NCBI GenBank assembly: GCA_963676915.2
Contig: CAXXVK010000067.1
Span: 160,001 to 224,000 of the forward strand
Length of the DNA stretch: 64,000 nucleotides
DNA from: Myxococcota bacterium
Lineage (GTDB): Bacteria > Myxococcota_A > SURF-8 > G963663525
Direction of reading: 5' to 3'
Under the pieces are notes generated by a model that saw only the letters and a program-made list of their open reading frames with translations, had not been told where the DNA came from and did no database searches. Shown piece by piece: positions 1-9,517 of this stretch (the stretch's first letter is position 1; each line of letters begins with the position of its first letter). A program made the position numbers and the translations under genes.

Positions 1-1824
1 GTTCACTTGGAGATATTTACCTTTTTCATTAGCTACAAAAACACCATATGGAGCGTTTTCAACATAGCTTCTAAAACGGCTCTCGCTTTTTGCTAGAGAT
101 ACTTCAGCCTGTTTACGTTTGGTCACATCCTGGAATGTCCCGGTGAGTTTTATGGTCTTGCCATTTTCAACAACAGGAAAACAACGGGAATGAGTCCAAA
201 GGGGTTTTCCTGTATGAGTGACAAAGCGTATTTCCAGATCAAAGGGTTCACCCTCATTTACAGCGTTGTCGATGGCATTTCTGAGTGTTGGTTGATCTTC
301 GTGGTGAAAAAAGTTGATCGCACTATCCAGTTCCGGTTGATAGTCCTCCGGTACTTCGTGGATTTCGCGGGTGACCTGCGACCAGATGACAGTACGATGC
401 TTTACGTCCACTTCCCAACCGCCAACTCTTGCCATGCGCCCGGTATTCAGAAGCAGTTCAGCATTTTTCTCAAGACTTTCTTCAGCAAGTTTTCTGTCGG
501 TAATATCCTCACCTGAACTTAATGTCCCGACAATTTCACCTTCATCGTTATGAATCGTGCTATTTTTCCATAAAATCAGTCTCATCTCATTGTTTCTGGT
601 AATGATTGCTTTTTCAACCGAATCGAATTGTGTCAATTTGCCGTTAACAATTTGTGCATGAATCTTTTTAATCTCCCGTTTTTCCGATTCAAGTAAAAAT
701 TTGTCGAACCAATTTTGCCCCAGAATTTCTGATTCTTCGTATCCTAGAACTTCACAACCCTTTTGGTTGACCATAGAAATATTTCCATCAAGATCAAGGG
801 CGATGAGTATCACACCAGCAACGTCAAGGTACTGTTGAGCAAGCCTTTTTTCGTAATCCAAGGCTTTTTGAACCTGTTTTTGGTCTGTGATGTCAGTATG
901 TGAGCCTAGAACTCTACAAGGTTTACCATGATCGTCAGTTAGAATGGAGGCTTGTGCAAGTATCCACCGGTAAGTGCCGTCCTTATGACGAAACCTGAAC
1001 TCCACTTCATAGTTCTTGCGCTCTTCGGAGATGTTTTTATGAATTTGAGGTAAAACCTCTTTCAAATCGTCAGGATGAACACGATCTTTCCACTCTGAAA
1101 AATCATTGCTAATTTCATGATCCTCGCAACCGATCTGTTTTTTCCATTCCGTGGAATATTGAACTTTGTTCGTTTTTAGATTCCAGTCCCAAAAACCAAT
1201 ATTACCAGCCCGGATGGCCTCGCTTTGCCTTAAGGTAGCCTCGCGTAAATCCTCCTCAGCTAGTTTCAAATCTGCGACATCAAAACCAGAATTGACGAAC
1301 ATGTCATCACCCATTGGGATGCTGATCATTTGGAGATGCTGATGGGTATCCGGTAAGTGCATTTCCCAGACGTGTGGTTTTCCCTCTGTAAATATTTTTT
1401 CGACAATCGGCATGAACAGCTCTGTCACATTAGAGCTAGGAAAGATTTCATCCGTAGTCTTGCCGAAGACTTCAGTCAAGGATGTGTTCCAGGATTTCAA
1501 CGCAGAGTGGTTGGCATCCACCAGTTTCCACGTCTTGATCTTGCCCTCTTCATCACGTACGAGTTTCCAAAGGTGAATCTCAGTTAGCATCTCGTCAAAG
1601 AGGTGCTTGTAAAGCGGGTATTTATCAACCTTTACTTCAATCAAAGAGCCGTCAGTCCCCCTGTCAGAGGTCTCTTGATCTGTATTTTCAAAAAGTGCCC
1701 TGGAATTATTCTCGATTTCAGCGGAGGATTCCTTAGAAGATCTGTTTTCCAATTTCTCAACGCGTGCACGTAGGTACTGAACTTCCTCGATGAGTTGAGC
1801 TCTTGTCTTACTCTGGTCATCCAT
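1..1824 (-). CDS. Multi-PAS/PAC sensor protein (probable sensor kinase or cyclase), runs off the left edge
   Basis: Not in the ORF track (no stop in window). Read by hand: ATG at 1824 after GGAGG, MDDQSKTRAQLIEEVQYLRARVEKLE..., several PAS/PAC motifs (FRHKDGTYRWILAQA...SHTDIT; TLSSGEDIT; GTFQDVT), same frame as position 1. Confidence 0.85.
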   Translation of the reverse strand, partial: MDDQSKTRAQLIEEVQYLRARVEKLENRSSKESSAEIENNSRALFENTDQETSDRGTDGSLIEVKVDKYPLYKHLFDEMLTEIHLWKLVRDEEGKIKTWKLVDANHSALKSWNTSLTEVFGKTTDEIFPSSNVTELFMPIVEKIFTEGKPHVWEMHLPDTHQHLQMISIPMGDDMFVNSGFDVADLKLAEEDLREATLRQSEAIRAGNIGFWDWNLKTNKVQYSTEWKKQIGCEDHEISNDFSEWKDRVHPDDLKEVLPQIHKNISEERKNYEVEFRFRHKDGTYRWILAQASILTDDHGKPCRVLGSHTDITDQKQVQKALDYEKRLAQQYLDVAGVILIALDLDGNISMVNQKGCEVLGYEESEILGQNWFDKFLLESEKREIKKIHAQIVNGKLTQFDSVEKAIITRNNEMRLILWKNSTIHNDEGEIVGTLSSGEDITDRKLAEESLEKNAELLLNTGRMARVGGWEVDVKHRTVIWSQVTREIHEVPEDYQPELDSAINFFHHEDQPTLRNAIDNAVNEGEPFDLEIRFVTHTGKPLWTHSRCFPVVENGKTIKLTGTFQDVTKRKQAEVSLAKSESRFRSYVENAPYGVFVANEKGKYLQVN

Positions 1825-2012
1825 GACAACCTCCAAAGAGGCAAAAATATGTTGTTAGAATGAGAATTCATTGTAAACCTATCATTATTTGTACTGTTTT
1901 CCAAATGCATGTCTGGGAACTATAGAAGTGCATAACCAGTAATGTTTGCTCAAAGCTACGTCCTTATCGTAGAAGGTAATGCCACATTCAAAGGTTTCAC
2001 GGAGTAAAGAAA

Positions 2013-2117
2013 TCATCCGACGTCGTTCCGGGTGCCGGATCGTAGCCGAAACTAAGATCCATGCACCCGAATCCGAGCGCCGAAACTTCCGCGAGATCCG
2101 AGTAACCGTGTTTGCAT
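2013..2117 (-). pseudogene. N-terminal remnant of an aldo/keto reductase
   Basis: Minus strand reads MQTRLLGS then, shifted, EVSALGFGCMDLSFGYDPAP, matching the typical AKR start MxxRxLGxxGLEVSALGLGCMGMSxxYGP; the sequence then breaks off. Confidence 0.65.
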
Positions 2118-2126
2118 CGCCTTCTC

Positions 2127-3110
2127 TCAGAGCACCACGAGGTCGTATTGTGGACTCCCCATCTTCATAGTTTTCATATAGGTCAATTGATGGAGGCCTT
2201 CCCTCGTTTCGATACGTTCCCGCAGGTCGTGAAGCTCGGCTTTCGGCAGGGAGTACAGCATGTCGATGGATGCCTGTTCCAAGGCGAAGAGGTCGGTGGA
2301 AGCCAGAATTCCAAGATCCCTTGCCTTAACCGGTGCGGCGGCAACCCCTACACAGTCACAGTCAACCGACATATTTCGCAACACGTTGATGTAGACGATT
2401 TTCGGGCCGAAATGATCGACGATGGCTTTGGCCGATTCCACCATGTTTTCCTGAAAGGGCTTGCCGCGCAGCCACCTCGAGTAATCGATGTTGTCCGGTG
2501 CGGCGTGAACCATTTTCTTGCCGATAGGACCATCTACACAGCCGATGGCGATATTCTTTAACGAACCGCCATAGCCGCCCATGGCATGGCCCTTGAAGTG
2601 CGTAAGCACCACCATCGAGTCATAATCGAGCATGTGCTTGCCAACCGACATCTCTGAAAAATGTTTCCCACCTTCAACGGGGATCATCGCTGCACCATCC
2701 TCGTCCATAATGTCCACCGGGCAGAAAGTCCAGCCGTTGGTTTTGATGGTTTCGCGATGGTCTGCGGTCGTGTATCGCTTCCCTTTGTAATAGGTATTGG
2801 TTTCAACCAAATTACTATTGGGAATGCTTTGCTGGAGAGCCTGCACCCAGTCGCGAGGCAAGATGTTGGGACCGTTCGGCTCACCAGTGTGCAGCTTGAT
2901 CGCTGTCTTTCCGGTAATGTTCCGATTGATCTTGGAGTACATGCCCAAAAGCCCACGAGCGCTGAGATCCTTGGTGAAATATACCGGAGCTTTGGCATGT
3001 TCAGAGATTGTGACTCTCTGGCCTGCGCAGGAAACGCTACCGACCGCAACCGTTCCAAATGTGGCAGCACCGGTTTTGAGAAAGGTTCGTCGTGAAATCA
3101 GTTTGGTCAT
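2127..3110 (-). CDS. Tat-exported DUF362 family protein
   Basis: SRRTFLK Tat motif; AIKLHTGE, LTHFKGH...GGSLKNIAIG and SVDCDC motifs typical of DUF362. Confidence 0.85.
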   Translation of the reverse strand: MTKLISRRTFLKTGAATFGTVAVGSVSCAGQRVTISEHAKAPVYFTKDLSARGLLGMYSKINRNITGKTAIKLHTGEPNGPNILPRDWVQALQQSIPNSNLVETNTYYKGKRYTTADHRETIKTNGWTFCPVDIMDEDGAAMIPVEGGKHFSEMSVGKHMLDYDSMVVLTHFKGHAMGGYGGSLKNIAIGCVDGPIGKKMVHAAPDNIDYSRWLRGKPFQENMVESAKAIVDHFGPKIVYINVLRNMSVDCDCVGVAAAPVKARDLGILASTDLFALEQASIDMLYSLPKAELHDLRERIETREGLHQLTYMKTMKMGSPQYDLVVL

Positions 3111-3131
3111 AGCGTGGTCCTTTCCTAATTT

Positions 3132-4279
3132 CTATTCCGACTTTGCTTGGTATTGCTCATCGCTGACTTTTTCCAACCATTCAGTGGCCGGACGCGAGCC
3201 TTTTTCCAGAATGGCGATATGGGTCATAGGACTGTCCTGCGACGCACCGTGCCAATGTTTCTGGTACGGTGGAATCCAGACGACATCCCCTTCGCGGATT
3301 TCCTGAACCGGATCTCCCCAACGTTGCACCAGACCCACGCCCGACGTTACGATCAGCAGTTGTCCGAGATCGTGGGAATGCCAGGCCGTGCGCGAACCGG
3401 CTTCGAAGATGACTTCCGCCCCGAAAAGTGGGACGGAGCATCGGCTTTGAACGGCTTGGCGATTTTAACAGAACCGGTAAACCAGTCCGCCGGACCTTCT
3501 CGGGGCGGCTGTTTAGCTGTATGGGTCACGCTGATCTTTCGCACTTTGGGTTCGATTTGGCCGTTCCCAATCACTTCCGTTAACACCATAGCGGCTCTAT
3601 CCGCCTGGTAGGTTCCAACCTTCGCTTCGATCACGGCGATCAGGTTTTTCAGTTGCGTCTTGCTCAAGCCGACATTCATGCTGATTCCGAAATGCGCTTT
3701 CAATTGGGGGATGACGCCTTCCATGTTGGCCAGAGCCGCCAAGGTGGCGATTTCTCTGCTTTTGAAATCCAGGTTGTCACGCCCGAAAATGGCGCCGAAG
3801 AGGTGCATTTTCAAAAACAGGTCGATGGCGGGAGAAAAGGTAAATAGTTTTCCCGTAACAGGCCGTCCCACGACCTGCGTCTGGATTTTCGTACCCTGTT
3901 TCAGTGTGTTTTGATTCGCCGGAATCGGAGTGGCGGTCGTGCCAATCTGGTCTTTAAGACCTTTCTGTTTCCGTTCTTCAACAACCGTCATAAAGGTACC
4001 GATGGCATTCAGGCTGCGTGGAAATCCGGCGTAGGCGTAGAGTTGAACCAATACTTCCTTGATTTCATTGACGGTCAGACCGGCTTCCAGACCGTCATTC
4101 AGAGCTTGTTTCAATGGATCGAGCTCGCCGCTCGCCGCAAATGCCGCAATGGGGACAATCGCTTCCTGCCGGGCATCGAGTCCACCGGTGTTGTTTCCGG
4201 CCTGTGCCGAGGGGATGGCAACGGCACAGCACATCACAATGACAAGAGCGATCAGAATGAAATGATATTTGAAAGTCAT
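3132..4279 (-). CDS. Carboxymuconolactone decarboxylase (CMD) family-cupin fusion with signal peptide (frameshifted near 3420)
   Basis: ORF 3353..4279 has two CMD repeats ([21 protein letters not shown]; [11 protein letters not shown]) and the start of a cupin ([10 protein letters not shown]); ORF 3132..3338 supplies the cupin end (HWHGAS...MTHIAI). Confidence 0.8.
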
Positions 4280-4296
4280 GATCGTGACTCCTTTGC

Positions 4297-5487
4297 CTAC
4301 AGCGCCGAGCGTAGTACCTCTACGATATCGGCTTCGGTCATCGGCGGGACGGCGGGCAGGCGACCTTGACCGTCGTTCAATACAAGCATCGTGTCCTTGG
4401 CGTAGACATCGAGCTTGGAGTCGTCGATGCCGATTTCAGACAGGCGAGTGGGGCAACCGATGGATTTGAGGAAATCCTCGTATCGTTGAATGCCTTCGAG
4501 CGCACAATCCAGATCGTCCGGTCCGTTTCCTTTCAGTCCGAAAATACGTTCGGCGAATTGTACGAACTTGGCCGGATTTTTCTTGGCCGCAAAGCGCATC
4601 CAAGCAGGATTGACCACCGCCAGCCCCGCGCCATGAGTGACATCATGATGAGCCGAGAGCGTGTGTTCGATCATATGCGCCGGAGAGCCCGCCGCCGCAA
4701 CACCGGCCTGCACCCAGCCGTTCAGAGCCACGATGGAAGCCCATTGCACCTGGGTGCGTGCTTCCAGGTCGCTTCCATCCGCTACAGCCTTGGGGCCATA
4801 TTCCATTGCGGCGAGGATCGTTCCTTCGGCGAAGCGGTCTTGAATCGGCGTATTGTTCATGCCGTTGAAATAGGTTTCGGTGACGTGAACGATGAGATCG
4901 CAGACACCGTAGGCGGTCTGGTCTTTCGGTACGCTTACCGTCAATTCCGGATCGACCAGAGCCACCTTCGGATATAGACACGGACTCGCCATGAAGGACT
5001 TCATGGTTGTTTCTTCGTTGGTGATAACCGAGTTCATGTTCATCTCGGAACCGGTTGCCGCCAGCGTGGGAACAGTAATGATGGGTAGTGCTTCGGTCGG
5101 GAAGGTCGGCATCCCTTTACCCTGGAAAAACATCTCCCAGGGGTCGCCCTTGAAAAGAACCGCCGCCGCGATAGCCTTGGCCGCGTCCATTGCGCTGCCG
5201 CCGCCGATAGCGATGACCACATCACAGCCTTCTTCTTTGGCGGTGTTTATGCCACGCTTGACCGAGGCCAGACGCGGGTTGGGCTCGACGCCGGAGCATT
5301 CGGCGAACGACATCCCGGCTTCTTTCAGGCTGGCCACAGCCCGATCGAACGTGCCATTCTTCTTGACGCTGCCGCCACCGGTGACGATGAGAGCTTTTTT
5401 GCCGTAGGCGCTGGCCAACTCACCCAGACGAGAGAGGTTTCCGGCACCGAAAACGAGACGGGTTGGATTCTGAAATTCGAAGTTCAT
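4297..5487 (-). CDS. Iron-containing alcohol dehydrogenase (butanol dehydrogenase/YqhD-like)
   Basis: MNFEFQNPTRLVFG, GGGSAMDAAK, PTLAATGSEMN, metal ligands D..HVTE and HMIEH...H. Confidence 0.93.
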   Translation of the reverse strand: MNFEFQNPTRLVFGAGNLSRLGELASAYGKKALIVTGGGSVKKNGTFDRAVASLKEAGMSFAECSGVEPNPRLASVKRGINTAKEEGCDVVIAIGGGSAMDAAKAIAAAVLFKGDPWEMFFQGKGMPTFPTEALPIITVPTLAATGSEMNMNSVITNEETTMKSFMASPCLYPKVALVDPELTVSVPKDQTAYGVCDLIVHVTETYFNGMNNTPIQDRFAEGTILAAMEYGPKAVADGSDLEARTQVQWASIVALNGWVQAGVAAAGSPAHMIEHTLSAHHDVTHGAGLAVVNPAWMRFAAKKNPAKFVQFAERIFGLKGNGPDDLDCALEGIQRYEDFLKSIGCPTRLSEIGIDDSKLDVYAKDTMLVLNDGQGRLPAVPPMTEADIVEVLRSAL

Positions 5488-5529
5488 GGTGTTCTCCTTG
5501 TTACATTGTTCTTTAAATGTTGATTTTTG

Positions 5530-5925
5530 TTAACCTTGATACTGCTCGTCGCTGACTTTCTCCATCCACTCCACCGGGGAACCGTTCTGCTGCTCCTGAA
5601 TGGCGATGTGGGTCATCGAGGATGTCGGTGATGCACCGTGCCAATGTTTTTCGTTCGGAAAAAAGCGAACGATATCTCCGGCGTGAATTTCCTCGATAGA
5701 GCCGCCATCGCGCTGCACGAGGCCGCTACCGCCCGTGACGATCAAAATCTGCCCCACCGGATGGGTATGCCAGGCCGTCCGTGCACCAGGTTCGAAGGTA
5801 ACGGCTGCACCGCTGAAGCGTGAGGGTTCTTCGGCTGGAAAGAGCATGTCCACGTACACAGTCCCGGAAAAATAATCCTCCGGTCCGGGAACGGCACTTC
5901 GTGATTCGCTTCGTGAAATGTTCAT
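5530..5925 (-). CDS. Cupin domain protein
   Basis: [22 protein letters not shown]...[16 protein letters not shown]; ATG at 5925 preceded by AAGGAG. Confidence 0.9.
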   Translation of the reverse strand: MNISRSESRSAVPGPEDYFSGTVYVDMLFPAEEPSRFSGAAVTFEPGARTAWHTHPVGQILIVTGGSGLVQRDGGSIEEIHAGDIVRFFPNEKHWHGASPTSSMTHIAIQEQQNGSPVEWMEKVSDEQYQG

Positions 5926-6008
5926 GTCGATCTCCTTTCTCGATCTTGAACCTTCCGGTCCGTCTATGTTTTTCACTTTAAACGTTATTTTTCGATAAGT
6001 GGTAGACT

Positions 6009-6040
6009 GATTCTCTTGAATTCTTGCCTAATTCTACGAA
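6009..6040. promoter_or_regulatory. Probable AraC (YqhC-like) binding site in the divergent promoter region
   Basis: Three spaced ATTCT units (attctcttgaattcttgcctaattct) between the divergent cupin and araC genes; position fits an AraC site. Confidence 0.4.
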
Positions 6041-6111
6041 AGTAAGATTTTTCTATTGTCAGTCTATAATAAGACTGCTAAAGTTAAAGTGGCTAAGAAA
6101 GGAAAATTATA

Positions 6112-7050
6112 ATGCAAAAACAATTAGATAAGATCGAATCAAAGAATTCATACTCCATAGGACAGCTTGAAAAAATCGGAGACCATATTGCCCGATTAGC
6201 CACTCATGGCGAACCGTTTATGACAGCAGTGCCGGGTTTGTCTTTTCATCGCTATGATGAACCGGTCCAGGCGAATAGTGCGACCTACGAACCGAGTTTA
6301 TGTCTGGCGGTGCAGGGATCAAAGCGTGTTCAGGTGGGGGACAAGTCCTTCACCTACGATGCAAGCCATTTTCTGATCACATCCGTTCATTTACCCACTT
6401 TTGTGGAAGTCTTGAAAGCAAATCCGGAAAAACCGTACCTTGGACTGGTGCTGCGCTTCGATCAACGCGAACTGTCACAATTGATGGTCGACAGCAATCT
6501 TCCTGCGCCCAGAGTTCAGAAATCCAGCCTGGGTATGTCCACAAGCCAATTGACCCCTGAGTTGCTTTCCGCCTTTCAGCGGTTGGTTGATCTACTCGAT
6601 CAACCGGATGACATTCCTATTCTTGCTCCTATCATCAACAAGGAAATCCTTTACCGTTTGCTTATCGGTGACCAAGGTACACGCCTGCGCCAGATTGCCT
6701 CGATGGGGAGCCAAAGCCACCAGATTGCCCGAGCCATCGACTGGCTAAAAGGCAACTTCTTTCAATCGTTGCGGGTCGAAGATCTTGCCTCTGAAGTAAA
6801 CATGAGCGTCTCGACTTTTCATCAGCATTTCCGCTTGATGACAGGGTTGAGTCCCTTGCAATATCAGAAACAGATTCGTTTGCACGAGGCCAGGATGATG
6901 ATGCTTAACGAGCAGGTGGACGCAGCCACGGCGGCATTCAAGGTGGGTTACGAAAGTCCTTCCCAGTTCAGTCGTGAATACAAACGCATGTACGGTGCAC
7001 CACCGCTACGGGATGTCAAGGAGTTGGGACAGGTCGGTCTCAGTAATTGA
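6112..7050 (+). CDS. AraC family regulator with AraC_N domain (YqhC-like)
   Basis: YEPSLCLAVQGSKRV N-domain; C-terminal double HTH (SPLQYQKQIRL...VGYESPSQFSREYKRMYG); divergent from a YqhD-like ADH. Confidence 0.92.
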   Translation: MQKQLDKIESKNSYSIGQLEKIGDHIARLATHGEPFMTAVPGLSFHRYDEPVQANSATYEPSLCLAVQGSKRVQVGDKSFTYDASHFLITSVHLPTFVEVLKANPEKPYLGLVLRFDQRELSQLMVDSNLPAPRVQKSSLGMSTSQLTPELLSAFQRLVDLLDQPDDIPILAPIINKEILYRLLIGDQGTRLRQIASMGSQSHQIARAIDWLKGNFFQSLRVEDLASEVNMSVSTFHQHFRLMTGLSPLQYQKQIRLHEARMMMLNEQVDAATAAFKVGYESPSQFSREYKRMYGAPPLRDVKELGQVGLSN

Positions 7051-7133
7051 TAAATCTACCGTTCGTATTGTTCCCCAGAACCGAAACACTGCCTGCTCGC
7101 ATCCATTCACCGGAAAATGGCATCCGATTCAGC

Positions 7134-7174
7134 GTTGCGCCTGCAACTACCCTGTGTTAAGTTGCCCATGCAAC
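7134..7174. promoter_or_regulatory. Tandem palindromic operator pair, copy 1
   Basis: GTTGCGCCTGCAAC (7134) and GTTGCCCATGCAAC (7161), 27 bp apart; 33/41 identical to 8148..8188. Confidence 0.65.
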
Positions 7175-7223
7175 CAGTTCGCTGATATGCCTCAACCATT
7201 CGAAACAAGGGAAGTAGAAGATA

Positions 7224-8072
7224 ATGAGCCCGAAAGCCATCCAGTTGTTTTTTCTGGCATTTTTAATGATATCTCTTGGATTCGCTACCGCCTGTGATTC
7301 GGATGACTCAACCGACGGACAAGTGGACGGAGACCTGGATATCGATACGGTGGGTGTCGATGATGAACCGGTGGAATTCGACAAAGATCCTGTGGACGAC
7401 GATGATGAACCGGTAGAAGTCGATAACGAGCCTGTGGAAGGTGACGATGAACCGGTCGATGGCGACAACGAGCTTGTGGACGGTGATGACGTACCGGTGG
7501 AGATCGATAACGATCCTGTGGACGCTGATGGCGAATCGGTGGAGATCGATGACGAGCCTGTGGATGGTGATGACGAACCGGTGGAGATCGATAACGAGCC
7601 TGTGGACGATGATGACGAGCAATCCACTGGGAGCTGGCTGGATACATCTTCTGGTCTCCTGTGGCAGAACCCACCCGCACCCACGGCAATGGGATGGAAT
7701 GCGGGAAAACAATATTGTTCGAATTTGAACCTCGATGGATACGACGATTGGCGATTGCCGACCATTTCGGAGCTTCGCTCACTGGTTTGGGGCTGCCCGG
7801 ACACGGAAACGGGTGGGGATTGCGGCGTAACGGACGCCTGTGCGTCCGGCTCCTGCAATGACGGTGGGGACTGCGAGACCTGCCCAATCGGTGATGGCCT
7901 ATCGTACGATGGCTGTTATTGGTCGGACGAGGTACAAGGCTCTTGCGACTGGCATTGGTCGTCGTCACCCGTCACGGGCAACACCTTTTTTGCCTGGGGT
8001 ATTCATTTCTATAGCGGCCGCTTGTATTACGACGATGTTAGCTACGATTACACGGTCCGCTGTGTGAGGTAG
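7224..8072 (+). CDS. Lipoprotein with acidic repeat linker and C-terminal DUF1566 (Lcl-C, CLec-like) domain
   Basis: Lipobox-like FATAC; D/E-rich repeats; DTSSGLLWQ...YCSNLNLDGYDDWRLPTISEL...WSSS...AW...VRCVR. Confidence 0.85.
   Translation: MSPKAIQLFFLAFLMISLGFATACDSDDSTDGQVDGDLDIDTVGVDDEPVEFDKDPVDDDDEPVEVDNEPVEGDDEPVDGDNELVDGDDVPVEIDNDPVDADGESVEIDDEPVDGDDEPVEIDNEPVDDDDEQSTGSWLDTSSGLLWQNPPAPTAMGWNAGKQYCSNLNLDGYDDWRLPTISELRSLVWGCPDTETGGDCGVTDACASGSCNDGGDCETCPIGDGLSYDGCYWSDEVQGSCDWHWSSSPVTGNTFFAWGIHFYSGRLYYDDVSYDYTVRCVR
7358..7620 (+). repeat. Coding tandem repeat, 21-bp (7-aa) unit D[DN][ED]PV[ED]x, about 12 copies
   Basis: Repeated gatgacgaaccggtggagatc / gataacgagcctgtggacgat units. Confidence 0.9.
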
Positions 8073-8147
8073 GTTCGTCTCCCTTTAGCCCACACCACGG
8101 CACTTGGGGTCTTTGCACTGATCTCATTGTGCGTCTTGTGAAATATT

Positions 8148-8188
8148 GTTGCATCTGCAACTATTTCGTGTTAAGTTGTCTATGCAAC
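8148..8188. promoter_or_regulatory. Tandem palindromic operator pair, copy 2 (probable MarR autoregulatory site)
   Basis: GTTGCATCTGCAAC (8148) and GTTGTCTATGCAAC (8175) immediately upstream of the marR RBS. Confidence 0.7.
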
Positions 8189-8205
8189 TAATTGAGGAAC
8201 TGCCG

Positions 8206-8688
8206 ATGGATGAATCCAGTTTTTTCGAAAGTCGCGAAGAATGTGAGGTCTCCTACGGGTATCATATCTCCGTTCTTCATCGTTTCTGGCGGATGTATAT
8301 GGACCGCGCGTTGGCCCCACTGGGCTTCGGTTCCGGACAAGTTCCAATTCTGACCTACCTGTTCGAACGTGACGGAGTGCAACAGGCTGATATCGTGCGC
8401 CACCTACGCATGGACAAGGGTTCGATTGCCCGCACCATCCGAAAGCTTGTTGATCAAGGCTACATCGAGCGCTTACCCAGCGAAGACGACAGGCGCGCCT
8501 ACCACATCCGCGTTACGGACAAGGGGCGATCGGTGCGCGAAGAATTGAACGCGATTCTTCTGGGCTGGAGCGAGACGCTTAGTCAGGATCTTTCGACAGA
8601 AGAGCGCACACACCTTTTCGACATGCTAACCCGCATGCGGTTTCGCGCTGGCGAAATGCTTCGTCGACGCATGGAGAACGACCAGTAG
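8206..8688 (+). CDS. MarR family transcriptional regulator
   Basis: QADIVRHLRMDKGSIARTIRKLVDQGYIERLPSEDDRRAYHIRVTDKG; ATG 8206 after GAGGA. Confidence 0.92.
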   Translation: MDESSFFESREECEVSYGYHISVLHRFWRMYMDRALAPLGFGSGQVPILTYLFERDGVQQADIVRHLRMDKGSIARTIRKLVDQGYIERLPSEDDRRAYHIRVTDKGRSVREELNAILLGWSETLSQDLSTEERTHLFDMLTRMRFRAGEMLRRRMENDQ

Positions 8689-8763
8689 GAGGACGGGTAT
8701 TTCCAGAATCCATGACAGGGTCGTTGATTTTATCATCCACGAAAGAAGGAGAAGGAGCCTGAA

Positions 8764-9268
8764 ATGAAAAAAATGTCCCCGAAAGCACAGCGTTGGCTCA
8801 AGCTCGTTCATGTGTTTCTGGCTGCCCTCTGGTTGGCCTCGGCCATTATTCTGGTCGTTACGCCGATTTTCGTTCGGCTCGACCAGAACAACACCCTATA
8901 CGGTGGTATGCTTGTCTTGAAATTCATCGACGATTTCATCATCATTCCCGCCGCCAACGGCTGCCTGTTGACTGGCCTTATCTACAGCATATGGACGAAC
9001 TGGGGTTTTTTTCAAGCATCGATGGGTGACGATTAAGTGGATTGTAACGGCGTACGGCATGATTGTCGGTACCATCTGGCTGGGGCCGTGGATAAATTGG
9101 ATGACTGCGACCGCCGGTGAAGTCGGTTCGGCTGCGCTTTCCGATCCTGAATACCTCAACATCCGTTTCCTGAATCTCTTTTGGGGTGGTATCCAGGCGA
9201 CGACGCTAGTTATCGCCGTGGTTGTTTCCATCTTGAAACCCTGGAAAAAGCGAAGCAAAGCTGCATGA
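8764..9268 (+). CDS. Integral membrane protein (DUF2269-like), frameshifted at the T-run near 9010
   Basis: ORFs 8764..9036 and 9026..9268 join into a 4-TM protein (WLKLVHV...TNWGFF/K..W.TIKW...SILKPWK). Confidence 0.7.
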
Positions 9269-9498
9269 GGAAAAACAACTCATACGCAGATTTCGCCAAG
9301 GAATTCATGGAAGACTGAGCCAAGTCTCATGACTGGCCTTCAACCTTACGGGAGAAGGAAAAAATCATCCGGGTTTATCTTCTCCCGGCATTCGAGAAAA
9401 AGCGGGTAGATCATATAGCTGCCAAAGATGTAGACGTATGCGTCCGTAAAACTCTGAAGAAGGGCAAGGATTCCAACCTGAATTTCAAATCCATGTAG
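9265..9498 (+). pseudogene. Tyrosine integrase N-terminal (SAM-like) domain remnant
   Basis: YADFAKEFMED*AKSHDWPSTLREKEKIIRVYLLPAFEKKRVDHIAAKDVD resembles the phage integrase core-binding region; in-frame TGA, no catalytic domain. Confidence 0.55.
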
Positions 9499-9517
9499 TG
9501 ATCGAATGTTGGACGCT

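Noticed and set aside
1641-1910. 89-aa minus-strand ORF
   Set aside because: Out-of-frame overlap with the true start (1824, good RBS) of the PAS sensor
7358-7620. Tandem repeat as a CRISPR array
   Set aside because: No unique spacers, period is a multiple of 3 inside a CDS, and no cas genes in the window
7157-7968. Long antisense and alternate-frame ORFs with Ser/Thr-, His- or Arg-rich repeats
   Set aside because: Shadows of the 21-bp coding repeat in the DUF1566 lipoprotein
9316-9318. In-frame TGA as selenocysteine or recoding
   Set aside because: It falls in a truncated integrase remnant where Trp/Tyr is expected; other genes use TGA as a normal stop
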